A DNA stretch of 64,000 bases, from assembly GCA_038045765.1 (NCBI GenBank), contig JBBSXN010000005.1, forward strand, positions 136,218-200,217, written 5' to 3'. Positions 16,484 through 25,906 of this stretch are shown here, one piece after another. Both the position numbers and the translations under genes were made by a program. Numbering within the stretch: position 1 is the stretch's first letter; every line of letters starts with the position of its first letter. Source of the DNA: Nanobdellota archaeon. Lineage in GTDB: Archaea; Nanobdellota; Nanobdellia; Pacearchaeales; GW2011-AR1. The notes below the pieces were generated by a model. It ran no database searches. It was not told where the DNA came from and saw only the letters and a program-made list of their open reading frames with translations.

Positions 16484-17803
16484 TTAAACTTGAATTAGTT
16501 CGGTTTCTAATTGTTTTTTTAGTTCTTCTATGAACAGAGATTCATGATCCTTTGAAATTAGGCAGCCGGCAGCGTTAGGATGCCCTCCAACTTCACCTCC
16601 AAGAGGGACAACTACTTTATGAAGGACTTCTCGAACATTTCTACCATTTTTCCCCGCTAACCTTGCTGAGACTTTTATTTTATCATTATTGTAAGCTAAA
16701 CCTATAAGTATTGTTCCTTCTTCATATGTAGAAGAGTGAGAAAGTATAGAAGTTACTGTTCCAATTATTGTGTCTTTTATTTGATCTTTTGCATTGAATA
16801 TAGTATAATTTTTACCAGATATTTTCTCATTTTCATTTACGTATTTTAATGCCGCTATTAGATGTTGTTTATATTGTATGTATATCTTTTCAGCTTCATC
16901 TTTAGAGTATTTATTTCCAAGACAGAGACCTAGAGCGGTTTGTGGAGAGTCCATTCTGCTACATGAATTTATAAGTGCGGAAAGTTCCCTTGCATCTTCT
17001 AGTCTATTAAAGAATTTTATCATGTATATGTTTCCAATTATATTTTGAGATTCTTTCCCATTTACACATCTTAACATAACTGCAGTTATTAGTGAAGACA
17101 TTTCTTCTTCTGTTAATTCATATAATGATTTGAACTTTCCATTTATTTTCTGAATATTTGCTTCTTTTAGAATTTCTATTACTCCTTTATATGAGCCTGA
17201 AACGCCTGGAATGTAAGGATTAGAGGAATATTCTAATGCTTTGTCTAAAGAACGTGTCGCAGGGTAAATTAGAAGACCTTTTTTTACTAGTGCTTCAGAT
17301 TCTGTTAAAACTGTATCATAGAACTTTCCTAAGTTTTTTTCAAACATATCTCCCACCATTCCGATTATTGCTAAATTTGCTAAATCTTTATTTTTTATAG
17401 ATAGAGTTTTTGCGAAGAGATAGCAAATTCCTGCTCCAGAAATTATTTCTTCTCTTGTTTTTATTGGATTTATCATCAATACGTTTTCAGGTATTTCTTG
17501 AACTATTTCATGATGATCAAAGATTATAATTGGGCATTTTTTATTTTTTAGGTAATCTAGAGAACCAGATGCAAGGTCTACAAAGATGAGAATATTATTT
17601 TCTGGAAGAGAGGCAATAAATTCTCCTTCAAGATTTTTTACAATGTTAAGAGAGAATCTTTTATTCCAGCGCTGTAATGTTCGAGACATAATTGCTGCAG
17701 AAGTTATGCCATCTGTATCAAAATGACTTATTACTTTGATAGGCATAGAATTAGATAATTCATCTATTTTTTTTATTGCTTCATTTATTGAATCTATTAG
17801 CAT
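16484..17803 (-). CDS. DHH-family RecJ/GAN (Cdc45-like) phosphoesterase
   Basis: DHH motifs HFDTDGITSAAI, FVDLASG, IIFDHHE; DHHA1-type GGHPNAAG near the C-terminus. Confidence 0.75.
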   Translation of the reverse strand: MLIDSINEAIKKIDELSNSMPIKVISHFDTDGITSAAIMSRTLQRWNKRFSLNIVKNLEGEFIASLPENNILIFVDLASGSLDYLKNKKCPIIIFDHHEIVQEIPENVLMINPIKTREEIISGAGICYLFAKTLSIKNKDLANLAIIGMVGDMFEKNLGKFYDTVLTESEALVKKGLLIYPATRSLDKALEYSSNPYIPGVSGSYKGVIEILKEANIQKINGKFKSLYELTEEEMSSLITAVMLRCVNGKESQNIIGNIYMIKFFNRLEDARELSALINSCSRMDSPQTALGLCLGNKYSKDEAEKIYIQYKQHLIAALKYVNENEKISGKNYTIFNAKDQIKDTIIGTVTSILSHSSTYEEGTILIGLAYNNDKIKVSARLAGKNGRNVREVLHKVVVPLGGEVGGHPNAAGCLISKDHESLFIEELKKQLETELIQV

Positions 17804-17856
17804 ATTTCCTCTTTTTCAAGCTGGAGAATGTAGAAATCTGGCTTTTTAAGTTTTAA

Positions 17857-18204
17857 CTATGCTTCAAGCTGTTTTTTTGCTCTATTTAAATCCCATAATT
17901 TTTTATGTAGGGTTTTTAGTGCAGTGTAATCGTGTTTGTTTTTTGCTATATGTCTTTCAAGATTTGCCTTGCTTTTTTCAATTTGAGGTACTTGAGTTTC
18001 AATAGTTTGTTTTTCTTCTTTTAGAAATGCAGTTATCTTCTTTCCAAGAAGCTTTGCTCTAGGAATTCCGTGTTGGTCTCTTAAAATTAATCCTATCTTA
18101 GCAGGAGAGTTACCTTCTTTATGCAGAGCTAAAATTATCTTAGATAATTCTGCTGGTTTTATTTTTACCCAATCAGGTTTTACTTTTTCTGTTTCTTTAC
18201 TCAT
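17857..18204 (-). CDS. rps15: ribosomal protein uS15 (S13e type), short N-terminus
   Basis: PDWVKIKPAELSKIILALHKEGNSPAKIGLILRDQHGIPRAK...HIAKNKHDYTALKTLHKK. Confidence 0.75.
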   Translation of the reverse strand: MSKETEKVKPDWVKIKPAELSKIILALHKEGNSPAKIGLILRDQHGIPRAKLLGKKITAFLKEEKQTIETQVPQIEKSKANLERHIAKNKHDYTALKTLHKKLWDLNRAKKQLEA

Positions 18205-18373
18205 GGTTTGTTGAGAAAAATAGGCATTAAAAAGGTTGTGGTTTTCTAAAAATGGATAGGAAGTAAAGATTTAAAAAGCGTTTTTCTTATGCATAATTGC
18301 TTAGACCCAGAACCACACTGGTCGGTGACTGGCGAGCACGAAGTTTTGACCTTACTATAATAGTACAAACAAA

Positions 18374-18703
18374 ATGAAGATACCAAAAGAAATGAATCGA
18401 TACTGCCCGTATTGCAGGAAGCATACATCTCAGACTGTGGCTACTGCTAAACAGCGTTCTAGATCGGCTACACACCCATTATCTAGAGGTTCAACGTCTA
18501 GACTTGAGTCAAGAGGATTAAGAGTAGGTTATGGTAACCAAGGAAGATATTCTAGAAAAGGTCCTAAAGACTGGAAGAGAAAGACTAAGATTACTAAGAG
18601 AATTACTTTAATGTATAAGTGTAAAACATGTAATAAGATGAAGGGTATAAAGAAAGCTATAAGAACAGGAAGAATTGAAATAGGAGATAAAATAAGTAAA
18701 TAA
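18374..18703 (+). CDS. rpl44e: ribosomal protein eL42 (L44e)
   Basis: MKIPKEMNRYCPYCRKHTSQTV...KCKTCNK zinc-ribbon pattern, very basic. Confidence 0.85.
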   Translation: MKIPKEMNRYCPYCRKHTSQTVATAKQRSRSATHPLSRGSTSRLESRGLRVGYGNQGRYSRKGPKDWKRKTKITKRITLMYKCKTCNKMKGIKKAIRTGRIEIGDKISK

Positions 18704-18704
18704 A

Positions 18705-19259
18705 ATGGCACAAGAAATAAAGAAAAAGAAAAATGTACAGAAACAGTTCTTCGAAGTGAAAGCTCCGTTAACTAGCACAAAGATAATGCTTTATGCAGCT
18801 TCTACTGAAGAGCTTGAAGGAAGAACTATAAAATTAGATATGACTAAAAATTTGAGAGGAAAGAATCTTGAATTGATTATGAAAGTGAAGAAGGGAGAAA
18901 ATGGATTGGAAGCTTATCCTGTTTCTAGCAGGTTAGTAAGCGCTTATATGAGAAGAATGGTTAGAAAGGGAACTGATTATGTAGAAGATTCTTTTACAAC
19001 TAAGTGTAAGGATTATGAACTTGTCGTAAAGCCATTTTTGATAACAAGAAAGAAAGTTTCAAGAGCAGTTAGAAATGAATTAAGAAAGAGCGCCCAAGAA
19101 TATCTTAAAGGAATTATGACTCCTAAGACTTCTCTAGAATTGTTTAGTGATATTATGGTTGGAAAGATACAGAAAGAATTGTCTTTGAGATTAAAGAAGA
19201 TTTATCCATTAGCTTTGTGCGAAATAAGAATCTTTGAGATAATTGATAAGAAAGATTAA
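18705..19259 (+). CDS. rps3ae: ribosomal protein eS1 (S3Ae)
   Basis: KKKKNVQKQFFEVKAPLTS...LEGRTIKLDMTKNL pattern; starts 2 nt after eL42. Confidence 0.8.
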   Translation: MAQEIKKKKNVQKQFFEVKAPLTSTKIMLYAASTEELEGRTIKLDMTKNLRGKNLELIMKVKKGENGLEAYPVSSRLVSAYMRRMVRKGTDYVEDSFTTKCKDYELVVKPFLITRKKVSRAVRNELRKSAQEYLKGIMTPKTSLELFSDIMVGKIQKELSLRLKKIYPLALCEIRIFEIIDKKD

Positions 19260-19268
19260 AATTTTAAA

Positions 19269-19421
19269 ATGAGCTCAACATATAACCCATGTCCAAAATG
19301 CAAGGGAACTAGGAGAATTATGAATTCTAAAGGTATTGTGCATCCATGTTGGGATTGCTTAAATGCTGGACAGATGGATCAACATGATAAAAACCCTAAA
19401 GATTCTGGGATAAAAATTTAG
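19269..19421 (+). CDS. small zinc-ribbon protein (50 aa), hypothetical
   Basis: MSSTYNPCPKCKGTRRIMNSKGIVHPCWDCLNAG... has CxxC...CxxC with a DnaJ-CR-like CPKCKGTR. Directly follows eS1; below the track cutoff. Confidence 0.35.
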   Translation: MSSTYNPCPKCKGTRRIMNSKGIVHPCWDCLNAGQMDQHDKNPKDSGIKI

Positions 19422-19501
19422 ATAATATCTTTTAGTGAATTAGATTAGTTTTTAAATAATATGTCTCTTTTACTTTGATAATAAACTAGTGAAATATCAA
19501 A

Positions 19502-20140
19502 ATGTTTTTACAACAACCTGCTGTAGCTATTACTGATTTTATTTTAACTTTAGAGACAATTATTTTAGCTTTTATTATATTAAATATATCTGTAAAAAGT
19601 AAATTAAAAGGAGTATCCTTTCTTTTTTATATTTCTCTAGCCTTAGGTTCTCTTATAGGTGGAATAGTTCATGGTTTCTTTCCTGACATAGGCTCTTTTT
19701 GGAATCTTATCTTATGGAAAGTTACTATGATCTCAATAGGTTTGGTAGCGCTCTTTGCTTGGTTAATAGCAGGAAACTTAGTTTTACCTAAATATAATAA
19801 ATTAATTTTATATGTTGCATCTTTAGAATTTATATTTTATTCTATTTTTGTACTATTTGTTGATAGTCAATTCAAAATTGCTATACTAAACTATTTTCCA
19901 GCAATTATCTTCCTTTTTATTTCTTTTGGGATTTTATGTTTTAGGAAGAATTATTCATCTTTATGGGGGTTAGCTGGAATCATATTAACCTTTGTAGCTG
20001 TTTGGATTCAAGAAGCCCAAATAAGTTTACACTCAATTTACTTTAATCATAACGCACTTTATCATTTAGTTCAAGGTATAGCTCTTTTACTAATATTTTT
20101 TGCTTTGAAGAGGATTATCTCGAAAAAGATAAAATCATAA
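19502..20140 (+). CDS. polytopic membrane protein (about 7 TM), hypothetical
   Basis: 212 aa, almost entirely hydrophobic helices. No motif recognised. Confidence 0.5.
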   Translation: MFLQQPAVAITDFILTLETIILAFIILNISVKSKLKGVSFLFYISLALGSLIGGIVHGFFPDIGSFWNLILWKVTMISIGLVALFAWLIAGNLVLPKYNKLILYVASLEFIFYSIFVLFVDSQFKIAILNYFPAIIFLFISFGILCFRKNYSSLWGLAGIILTFVAVWIQEAQISLHSIYFNHNALYHLVQGIALLLIFFALKRIISKKIKS

Positions 20141-20144
20141 TAAA

Positions 20145-20217
20145 TAGCCCCGCCCGGATTCGAACCGGGGTCCCGAGCGCCAAAGGCTCGTATCCTAGAC
20201 CGCTAGACTACGGGGCT
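20145..20217 (-). tRNA. tRNA-Gln(TTG)
   Basis: Minus strand AGCCCCGTAGTCTAGCGGTC.... Anticodon stem-loop CGAGC-CTTTGGC-GCTCG, T-arm CCCGG-TTCGAAT-CCGGG. Confidence 0.85.
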
Positions 20218-20273
20218 AATGATAATTAATGGCTTAAAAGGATTTAAAAGGGTTTGGATTTTTTGTATTAGAT

Positions 20274-20891
20274 ATGGGGAAGGTTATTCTTTTTGACTAT
20301 GATGGTACTATTTTGAATAGTATGGATGTAGTCTATAAAGAGTACAATAAGATTGCTGTCAAGTACAAAATGAAAAAAGTAGCTAGTTTTACGGATTTTA
20401 TGAACTTATACGATACTAATATTTATGATTCTTTTTTTAAACTAGGTTTAGATAAAAATAAGACGAAAGAATTTATATCTGATTTTAGAAGGCCTTTAAT
20501 AGAGGCAGATGATAAACTTCACTTATTTGATAAAATGGATGAAGTTGTTGAAAAGATTTCTAAAAAGCACTTAGTAATAGTCATAACTTCAAATGTGACT
20601 GAAGTAGTGGAGTATTCTATCAAAAATCATGCTGTTAAAGGTGTTAGTGAAGTTATTGGAGGCGATAAAGAGATAAGTAAAGTTAAGAAGATAAAATCTA
20701 TTATTGAAAAGTATCCTAAATCTCAGATTTATTATGTTGGAGATACAAAAGGAGACATTGTCGAGTCTAAAAAAATAGGAGCTATTGCAGTAGCAGTTAC
20801 TTGGGGGCATCATTCAAAGAAAAAATTAAGTGACGCTGGAGCAGATTATATTGTTGATAAGCCTGAGGAATTGTTGAATATCCTTTGCTAG
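20274..20891 (+). CDS. HAD-superfamily hydrolase (phosphoglycolate phosphatase-like)
   Basis: Motif I LFDYDGTILNS, motif II VITSN, motif IV YVGDTKGDI. Confidence 0.8.
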   Translation: MGKVILFDYDGTILNSMDVVYKEYNKIAVKYKMKKVASFTDFMNLYDTNIYDSFFKLGLDKNKTKEFISDFRRPLIEADDKLHLFDKMDEVVEKISKKHLVIVITSNVTEVVEYSIKNHAVKGVSEVIGGDKEISKVKKIKSIIEKYPKSQIYYVGDTKGDIVESKKIGAIAVAVTWGHHSKKKLSDAGADYIVDKPEELLNILC

Positions 20892-21514
20892 TATTGAGCT
20901 TTGTATCTTCCTCTAGATTCTACTTTATCCAATTGTTTTAGAACTGTTTTTGAGTTTGATGATGTTTTTTTGTATGCTTTAAGAATAGATTTCCAGACTT
21001 GATTTGCGTGTTTGTAATGTTTTGCTTCTAGGGCTTCTTTTAATACATGTAAGTCTGTGGCTTTATCTTCGGCTCTTTTGGATTCAAAACCTAGTCCAAA
21101 ATCTATGAAATACAAGTAAGGCACCAAGGTTCCTTTACATTCAACCTCCTTCAAAATCATATTACTAGTAGTTAAGTCTCCGTGAATTATATTTTTGTCA
21201 TGTAATTTTGCTAGATTTTCTCCTATTAGCTTTGCTATTTTCGATTTGTTTTTGGAAGTGTTTAGATATTGTGCAAGTTTCTTACCTTTTATGTATTCAA
21301 GTTCAATCTGACTAGAATTGTGTTTTATAACTTTTGGAACAGGAATTAGAAAAGATGCTTTTCCAAGAAGTTTAAATTCTTTTTTTGTTCTTATTCTTCT
21401 AAGCTTTTCATCTAATTCAGGTAATCTGTATGATTTTTTAATTCTATCTTTTAGAATTATATTCTTCTTTAAGGAGATGATTGCTTCTGCTCCTTGCGCT
21501 ATTACTTTTCCCAT
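20888..21514 (-). CDS. bud32: Bud32/PRPK-type KEOPS kinase
   Basis: GAEAII glycine loop, IIHGDLTTSNMIL catalytic loop, FIDFGL; 208 aa. Confidence 0.8.
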   Translation of the reverse strand: MGKVIAQGAEAIISLKKNIILKDRIKKSYRLPELDEKLRRIRTKKEFKLLGKASFLIPVPKVIKHNSSQIELEYIKGKKLAQYLNTSKNKSKIAKLIGENLAKLHDKNIIHGDLTTSNMILKEVECKGTLVPYLYFIDFGLGFESKRAEDKATDLHVLKEALEAKHYKHANQVWKSILKAYKKTSSNSKTVLKQLDKVESRGRYKAQY

Positions 21515-21900
21515 CTTGCTAGAATTATAATGAGGCCGATAACAAGCCCGATATCCACAACTATGCAGTATTTGCAGTACGCATTAAGAACAAATTGTTG
21601 TAAATATAGGAAATATATTGCGATTATTGCTCCAATAATTGTTCCGATTTGTATGGTGGCCTTTTTTATTTCATGAGGGTCTCTTATGTGAAGATATGTT
21701 AAAAGTGCAAGGAATGCGAAAATGAATATCCCATATTCGCTATTTTTTATTCCAAAGGTATAGGCATATTTTGAGCTGGTTACTAAATTGCATCCAGTTT
21801 CTTCTCCACAGAATAGTGGCGTTTCTTGTGTTGCAAGCATCACTGAGCTAATGAAGCTTATTACAAAAATTGCAAGTAATAAATGATATTTATGTTTCAT
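21502..21900 (-). CDS. VKOR-like (vitamin K epoxide reductase family) membrane thiol oxidoreductase
   Basis: Four TM helices, loop Cys pair FCGEETGC, and CKYC (CxxC) at the start of the last helix. Confidence 0.5.
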   Translation of the reverse strand: MKHKYHLLLAIFVISFISSVMLATQETPLFCGEETGCNLVTSSKYAYTFGIKNSEYGIFIFAFLALLTYLHIRDPHEIKKATIQIGTIIGAIIAIYFLYLQQFVLNAYCKYCIVVDIGLVIGLIIILARWEK

Positions 21901-21943
21901 GTTAATAATAAATAACTTAGGGTTTTAAACTCTTTCCAATCAC

Positions 21944-23314
21944 TTAAAATCTAGCTTTCTTGCTGAATTTCTTTGCAAGTTTCATCATTGTTTTTTGATC
22001 TAGTGAACCTGATTCAATTCCTTTCATAGAACCAGACATTGAAGTCATTTCCTTTAACATTTTGAATTGTTTTATTAAAGCACGAATGTCAGAAGTTGAA
22101 GTACCTGAGCCGTGAGAAATTCTTTGCAGTCTAGACGTTTGTTTTTCTATTATTTCAGGATTTTCTCTTTCCTCTTTAGTCATTGAGCTAATTGCGTGTT
22201 TCCAGCGTTTAGTCTTTTTTTCTTGCTGTTCCATCATTTCAGGCGACAGTTTATCCTTTATCTTTCCTAGACCAGGAATCATAGACATTATTTTATCCAT
22301 ACTACCCATTGAGCTCATTGATTCTAACTGAGTTGCTAAATCGTCTAGCGTGAATTTTCCTTCTGAAAGCCTTTGTTGCTGGGAAGCTATTTCATCTTTA
22401 TCCATTACTGAATGGATTTTTTCCATTAATGTTTTTAGATCGCCCATGCCTAGAAGCCTTGAAAGGAAAGATTCTGGATCGAATGATTCTAAGTCTGAAT
22501 TTTTCTCACCTGTTCCTAAGAAAATAACTGGAGCTTTAACTTCTGCACAAGCAGTTAATGCTCCTCCTGCTTTTGCAGTTGAGTCCATTTTGGTTATTAT
22601 TACTCCAGACATATCTACTGCTTCTTTGAATTTTGATGCTTGCGTTCTAGCTGTTTGTCCTACATCTGCAGACATTACAAGTATTGTTTCAGTAGGTTTT
22701 GAGAGTTTAGATATATCTTTTATTTCTTTTATCAAATCAGAGGAGAGCGCATCTCTTCCTGCTGTATCTACTAGAACTAAATCGTATTTATCTAAATCTT
22801 TTTGATATTTTTTCCAGATCTTAACTGCTGATTTTTCTTCTTTATCTATAAAAACTGGCAAATTTAATTTGTCAAATAATTGCTTTAACTGCTCTGAGGC
22901 TGCTGGGCGATGGACGTCTAGTCCTATTGCGCAGACCTTGCTTCCACGCTTTGCATAGTAACTAGCTAATTTACTTATAGTTGTAGTTTTTCCTTGACCA
23001 TATAAACCAAGCATAAGCCAAACATTATGTTTTTGCAATTGAATTTGCTTGCTTTCTCCCAGTATTTTGACAAGTTCATCATGTAATAATTTTATTATAT
23101 GTTCTTTCTTTTCAAGGCCTGAAATCCTTTCATCTAAAGCAGCTTGTTTTATCTTTTTTGTAATTTCAAGGACTAGTCTTACATTTACATCTGCCTCAAT
23201 TAAAGCCCTTTGAATGTCTTTTATTATTGAATCTACTAAATTCTTATCAAGAAATATAGCATTAGCTATCTTGTCTGTTGTTTTTCGTAATACTTCTGAT
23301 AACTTATCTAACAT
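21944..23314 (-). CDS. srp54: signal recognition particle protein SRP54
   Basis: GLYGQGKTTTISKLA, DTAGR, TKMDSTAKAGGAL and a Met-rich M domain. Confidence 0.95.
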   Translation of the reverse strand: MLDKLSEVLRKTTDKIANAIFLDKNLVDSIIKDIQRALIEADVNVRLVLEITKKIKQAALDERISGLEKKEHIIKLLHDELVKILGESKQIQLQKHNVWLMLGLYGQGKTTTISKLASYYAKRGSKVCAIGLDVHRPAASEQLKQLFDKLNLPVFIDKEEKSAVKIWKKYQKDLDKYDLVLVDTAGRDALSSDLIKEIKDISKLSKPTETILVMSADVGQTARTQASKFKEAVDMSGVIITKMDSTAKAGGALTACAEVKAPVIFLGTGEKNSDLESFDPESFLSRLLGMGDLKTLMEKIHSVMDKDEIASQQQRLSEGKFTLDDLATQLESMSSMGSMDKIMSMIPGLGKIKDKLSPEMMEQQEKKTKRWKHAISSMTKEERENPEIIEKQTSRLQRISHGSGTSTSDIRALIKQFKMLKEMTSMSGSMKGIESGSLDQKTMMKLAKKFSKKARF

Positions 23315-23353
23315 GAAAAAAGGAGTCTTATAAAGGTATTAAAGGTTTTGGGT

Positions 23354-23764
23354 TTAATTTTCTAGAGGCAAATTCTTTCCTTTCCAGATTTGATCTTTTT
23401 GTTTTCTAGTATCTATCATTATTTCTATACCGTTGTTGTCTGGGTCGGAAAAGTATATTGCTTTGCTTATTACATGATCTATTAAGCCATAATCTATGTT
23501 GTTTTCTTTTAGCTTTTTCATTATTTCTTGAAATTCTTTCTTAGTTTGCACTTCAAGTGCAAAATGGTATAGCCCTAGAGTATTTTCATCTACGGGATTT
23601 GCATCATCTCTTTCCTGTAATGCTAATGCATGATGTTCTTCTCCCAAATGTAAGAATAGAAAAGGACCTACTCTTTCTCTAACTTTAAAACCTAGAATAT
23701 TAATATAGAATGCTTCTGATTTCTTTAGACTTGAAATTTTGAGATGGATATGATTGAGTTTCAT
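23354..23764 (-). CDS. VOC/glyoxalase-bleomycin resistance family protein
   Basis: LNHIHLKISSLKKSEAFYINILGFKV...YHFALEV...DPDNNGIEI pattern. Confidence 0.7.
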   Translation of the reverse strand: MKLNHIHLKISSLKKSEAFYINILGFKVRERVGPFLFLHLGEEHHALALQERDDANPVDENTLGLYHFALEVQTKKEFQEIMKKLKENNIDYGLIDHVISKAIYFSDPDNNGIEIMIDTRKQKDQIWKGKNLPLEN

Positions 23765-23838
23765 TTAGATTAGATTTACTAATTGTTAATAAAGTTGTGG
23801 TTTAGGTATATTTAAAAGCACATTGTTTTGATAATTTT

Positions 23839-24414
23839 ATGATCCAACAAGATAATGTAATAAGCCATTTAACTGAGTTAGCTAAGCTTCCTCAGAGAGG
23901 AGTTATTGGTAGATTAAATGTTAATGATTTAGTTAATAAAAGTAGTGGACTTTCTTACAGTATAGATGATTTAGGTATTTCTAGAGTTCTTGGTAATTTT
24001 CCTTTAGATGCATTACCTTATGGACCAGTTTATCGTTCTTTTAGAAATCCAAAACAAGATATATTGGGCCTTTTTGGAAAAGATACAAATATTCCTTTTT
24101 CAAGAGCGGTTGAATCTAGCGTTGGAGAATGTTTAGAAAAAGCTACTTTGCTTCAATTGGCCGTTCAAGATAACATGCCCTCTTTTTTAGTTAACGGAGC
24201 TATGTCTGAAGGAGATTCTTTAGATGGTTATCACGCTTTTAATGTGGTTTTTTCTTCTGGAAAGCCTTTTCTAGTTGATGTACAAAATCCTTTAAGAAAA
24301 GAAGAAGCTGGAAAACCTATTCGCCCATTTGTAGCCCCTATTTTAGGTATTGAACATGACTGGTTTGAGTTACCTGAGAATTGGAGACAAGGTAGAGCAT
24401 ATTATTTATCTTAA
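23839..24414 (+). CDS. hypothetical protein, possible transglutaminase-like Cys-His-Asp fold
   Basis: GECLEKATLLQLAVQDNMPSFLVNG ... GYHAFNVVF ... FLVDVQNP matches the spacing of transglutaminase-core Cys/His/Asp segments. Weak, by eye. Confidence 0.4.
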   Translation: MIQQDNVISHLTELAKLPQRGVIGRLNVNDLVNKSSGLSYSIDDLGISRVLGNFPLDALPYGPVYRSFRNPKQDILGLFGKDTNIPFSRAVESSVGECLEKATLLQLAVQDNMPSFLVNGAMSEGDSLDGYHAFNVVFSSGKPFLVDVQNPLRKEEAGKPIRPFVAPILGIEHDWFELPENWRQGRAYYLS

Positions 24415-25388
24415 TTATGTATTATATTATGTTGTATAAATTCTAAAGTTTTAAGGTCAGACCAGTATCTCTCTTTCTTGCTTTTTCCTAAGAAACCTGC
24501 ATGGCCTCCATGATTAGTTATTATTAAATTAATATGTTTGTTTTTCCTTATATCTTTATTGTAGAATGAGTTAACTGGAACTAGAGGATCATCCTTAGAG
24601 GTAATTATAAGTGTTGGAATATGGATATTTTTTATATATTTGATAGCACTCGCTCTATCATAATAGTCTCTTATTGACATGTAGCCCGTGTTTTTTGTTT
24701 GATAAATAGAGTCGAAATCTTTTACTGATGAAATGTCTGATAAGGGTGTTAAATCGTATAGGTTTGGAAGATGAATGTGTTTTTGTTTTATCAGAGATTT
24801 TAAACTTAGAAGAATTTTAAGTTTGTATAGCCAGTTTTCAGTCTTTTCAGATGCCTTTCCTGCTTCTTCTAAGTCTATTGCTGGAGAGATTGCAGTAAGA
24901 GAAAATACTTGCTTTGGAGAGATATATTCTCCAGCCCACTTTAGAGCAAGATTTCCTCCAAGAGAGTATGATACTATTGAAATGTTATTGTGTTTATTTT
25001 TAATAAGGTAAGAAATAACTGCTTGTAAGTCTGAGCTTTGACCAGCATTATAAATTGAAGGAGTTAGATTAGCAGTATTTCCACATCCGCGCATATTCAT
25101 TCTTATTATATTAAATCCATCAGTATATGCATGGCGGCTCATGCGTTCTACATAGGCCGAATTACTGCTACCCGTTAAACCGTGAATAATAAGGAGAGTT
25201 GGAGAGTTTTTCTTTTTTTGAAATGTACAATCTATCGCTAGCTTTCCTTCTTTTATATTTATTAGAATTCTTTTATTTTTATAAGAATCAGGAGGCCTTG
25301 GGCCTTTAGCTATTAAACCTAAAATTGTTTGTATATGTCTATTATCGAATAAGGGTATAAATTTTGATGTTGGTTTATGAATGTGCAT
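24411..25388 (-). CDS. alpha/beta hydrolase (YheT/ABHD-type)
   Basis: LLIIHGLTGSSNS, nucleophile elbow VSYSLGG, C-terminal DPLVP and HGGH. I start at MHIHKP (25388); the track start 25451 would overlap the NUDIX gene. Confidence 0.75.
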   Translation of the reverse strand: MHIHKPTSKFIPLFDNRHIQTILGLIAKGPRPPDSYKNKRILINIKEGKLAIDCTFQKKKNSPTLLIIHGLTGSSNSAYVERMSRHAYTDGFNIIRMNMRGCGNTANLTPSIYNAGQSSDLQAVISYLIKNKHNNISIVSYSLGGNLALKWAGEYISPKQVFSLTAISPAIDLEEAGKASEKTENWLYKLKILLSLKSLIKQKHIHLPNLYDLTPLSDISSVKDFDSIYQTKNTGYMSIRDYYDRASAIKYIKNIHIPTLIITSKDDPLVPVNSFYNKDIRKNKHINLIITNHGGHAGFLGKSKKERYWSDLKTLEFIQHNIIHN

Positions 25389-25438
25389 TGTTATTTTTAA
25401 GTAGAAGGATTTTTTAATGGTTTGTGTTATTAGAATTA

Positions 25439-25906
25439 ATGAAAAAAACAAGTGCAGGTATTTTGATATATAAAATAGTTGAGGGGAAGTTGAAAGTTTT
25501 TATCGTTCATCCTGGAGGGCCTTTCTGGAAAGGTAAGGATGAGAAATCTTGGGATTTTCCTAAGGGAGAGTTAGATGAGGGAGAGGATTTACTTGAAGCA
25601 GGAATAAGGGAACTTAAAGAGGAGACTGGAATAGATTTTTCTAATAAAAAGAGGGAAGAATTTTTATCTTTGGGAAATATAGTTAGAAAAGATGGGAAGA
25701 CAGTCCATATTTTCGCAATTGAAGGAGACTGGTCAGGGATATTAATGGGAAGCAGTTATGTGACTGTTGTAGATGGGAAAAGCGGGAAACAAATAAGATT
25801 CTTAGAAGTTGATAATGCTGGTTTTTTCAGTGTTGAAGATGCAAGGAAGAAAGTTTTTGCTAGTTTAGTTGAATTTTTGGACAGATTGGAAGATAAGTTA
25901 AAGTGA
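25439..25906 (+). CDS. NUDIX hydrolase
   Basis: Nudix box GELDEGEDLLEAGIRELKEETGI. Track start 25424 is GTG; ATG at 25439. Confidence 0.8.
   Translation: MKKTSAGILIYKIVEGKLKVFIVHPGGPFWKGKDEKSWDFPKGELDEGEDLLEAGIRELKEETGIDFSNKKREEFLSLGNIVRKDGKTVHIFAIEGDWSGILMGSSYVTVVDGKSGKQIRFLEVDNAGFFSVEDARKKVFASLVEFLDRLEDKLK

Noticed and set aside
18246-18475. Two minus-strand ORFs (60-62 aa) and a locally GC-rich stretch (about 18290-18345, CTTAGACCCAGAACCACACTGGTCGGTGACTGGCGAGCACGAAG) between the uS15 and eL42 genes
   Set aside because: The ORFs overlap the eL42 start and look like shadows. I could not fold the GC-rich stretch into a convincing tRNA, C/D or H/ACA structure by eye. It may still be a small RNA or leader and deserves an Rfam/cmscan check.
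22350-22805. 151-aa plus-strand ORF, plus similar antisense ORFs (454-657, 3152-3448, 4599-4907, 13413-13691, 15602-15904, 26001-26258, 35567-35794, 36446-36739, 46132-46500, 51957-52214 and others)
   Set aside because: All lie entirely inside longer, motif-supported genes on the opposite strand and have low-complexity translations typical of shadow ORFs in AT-rich DNA.
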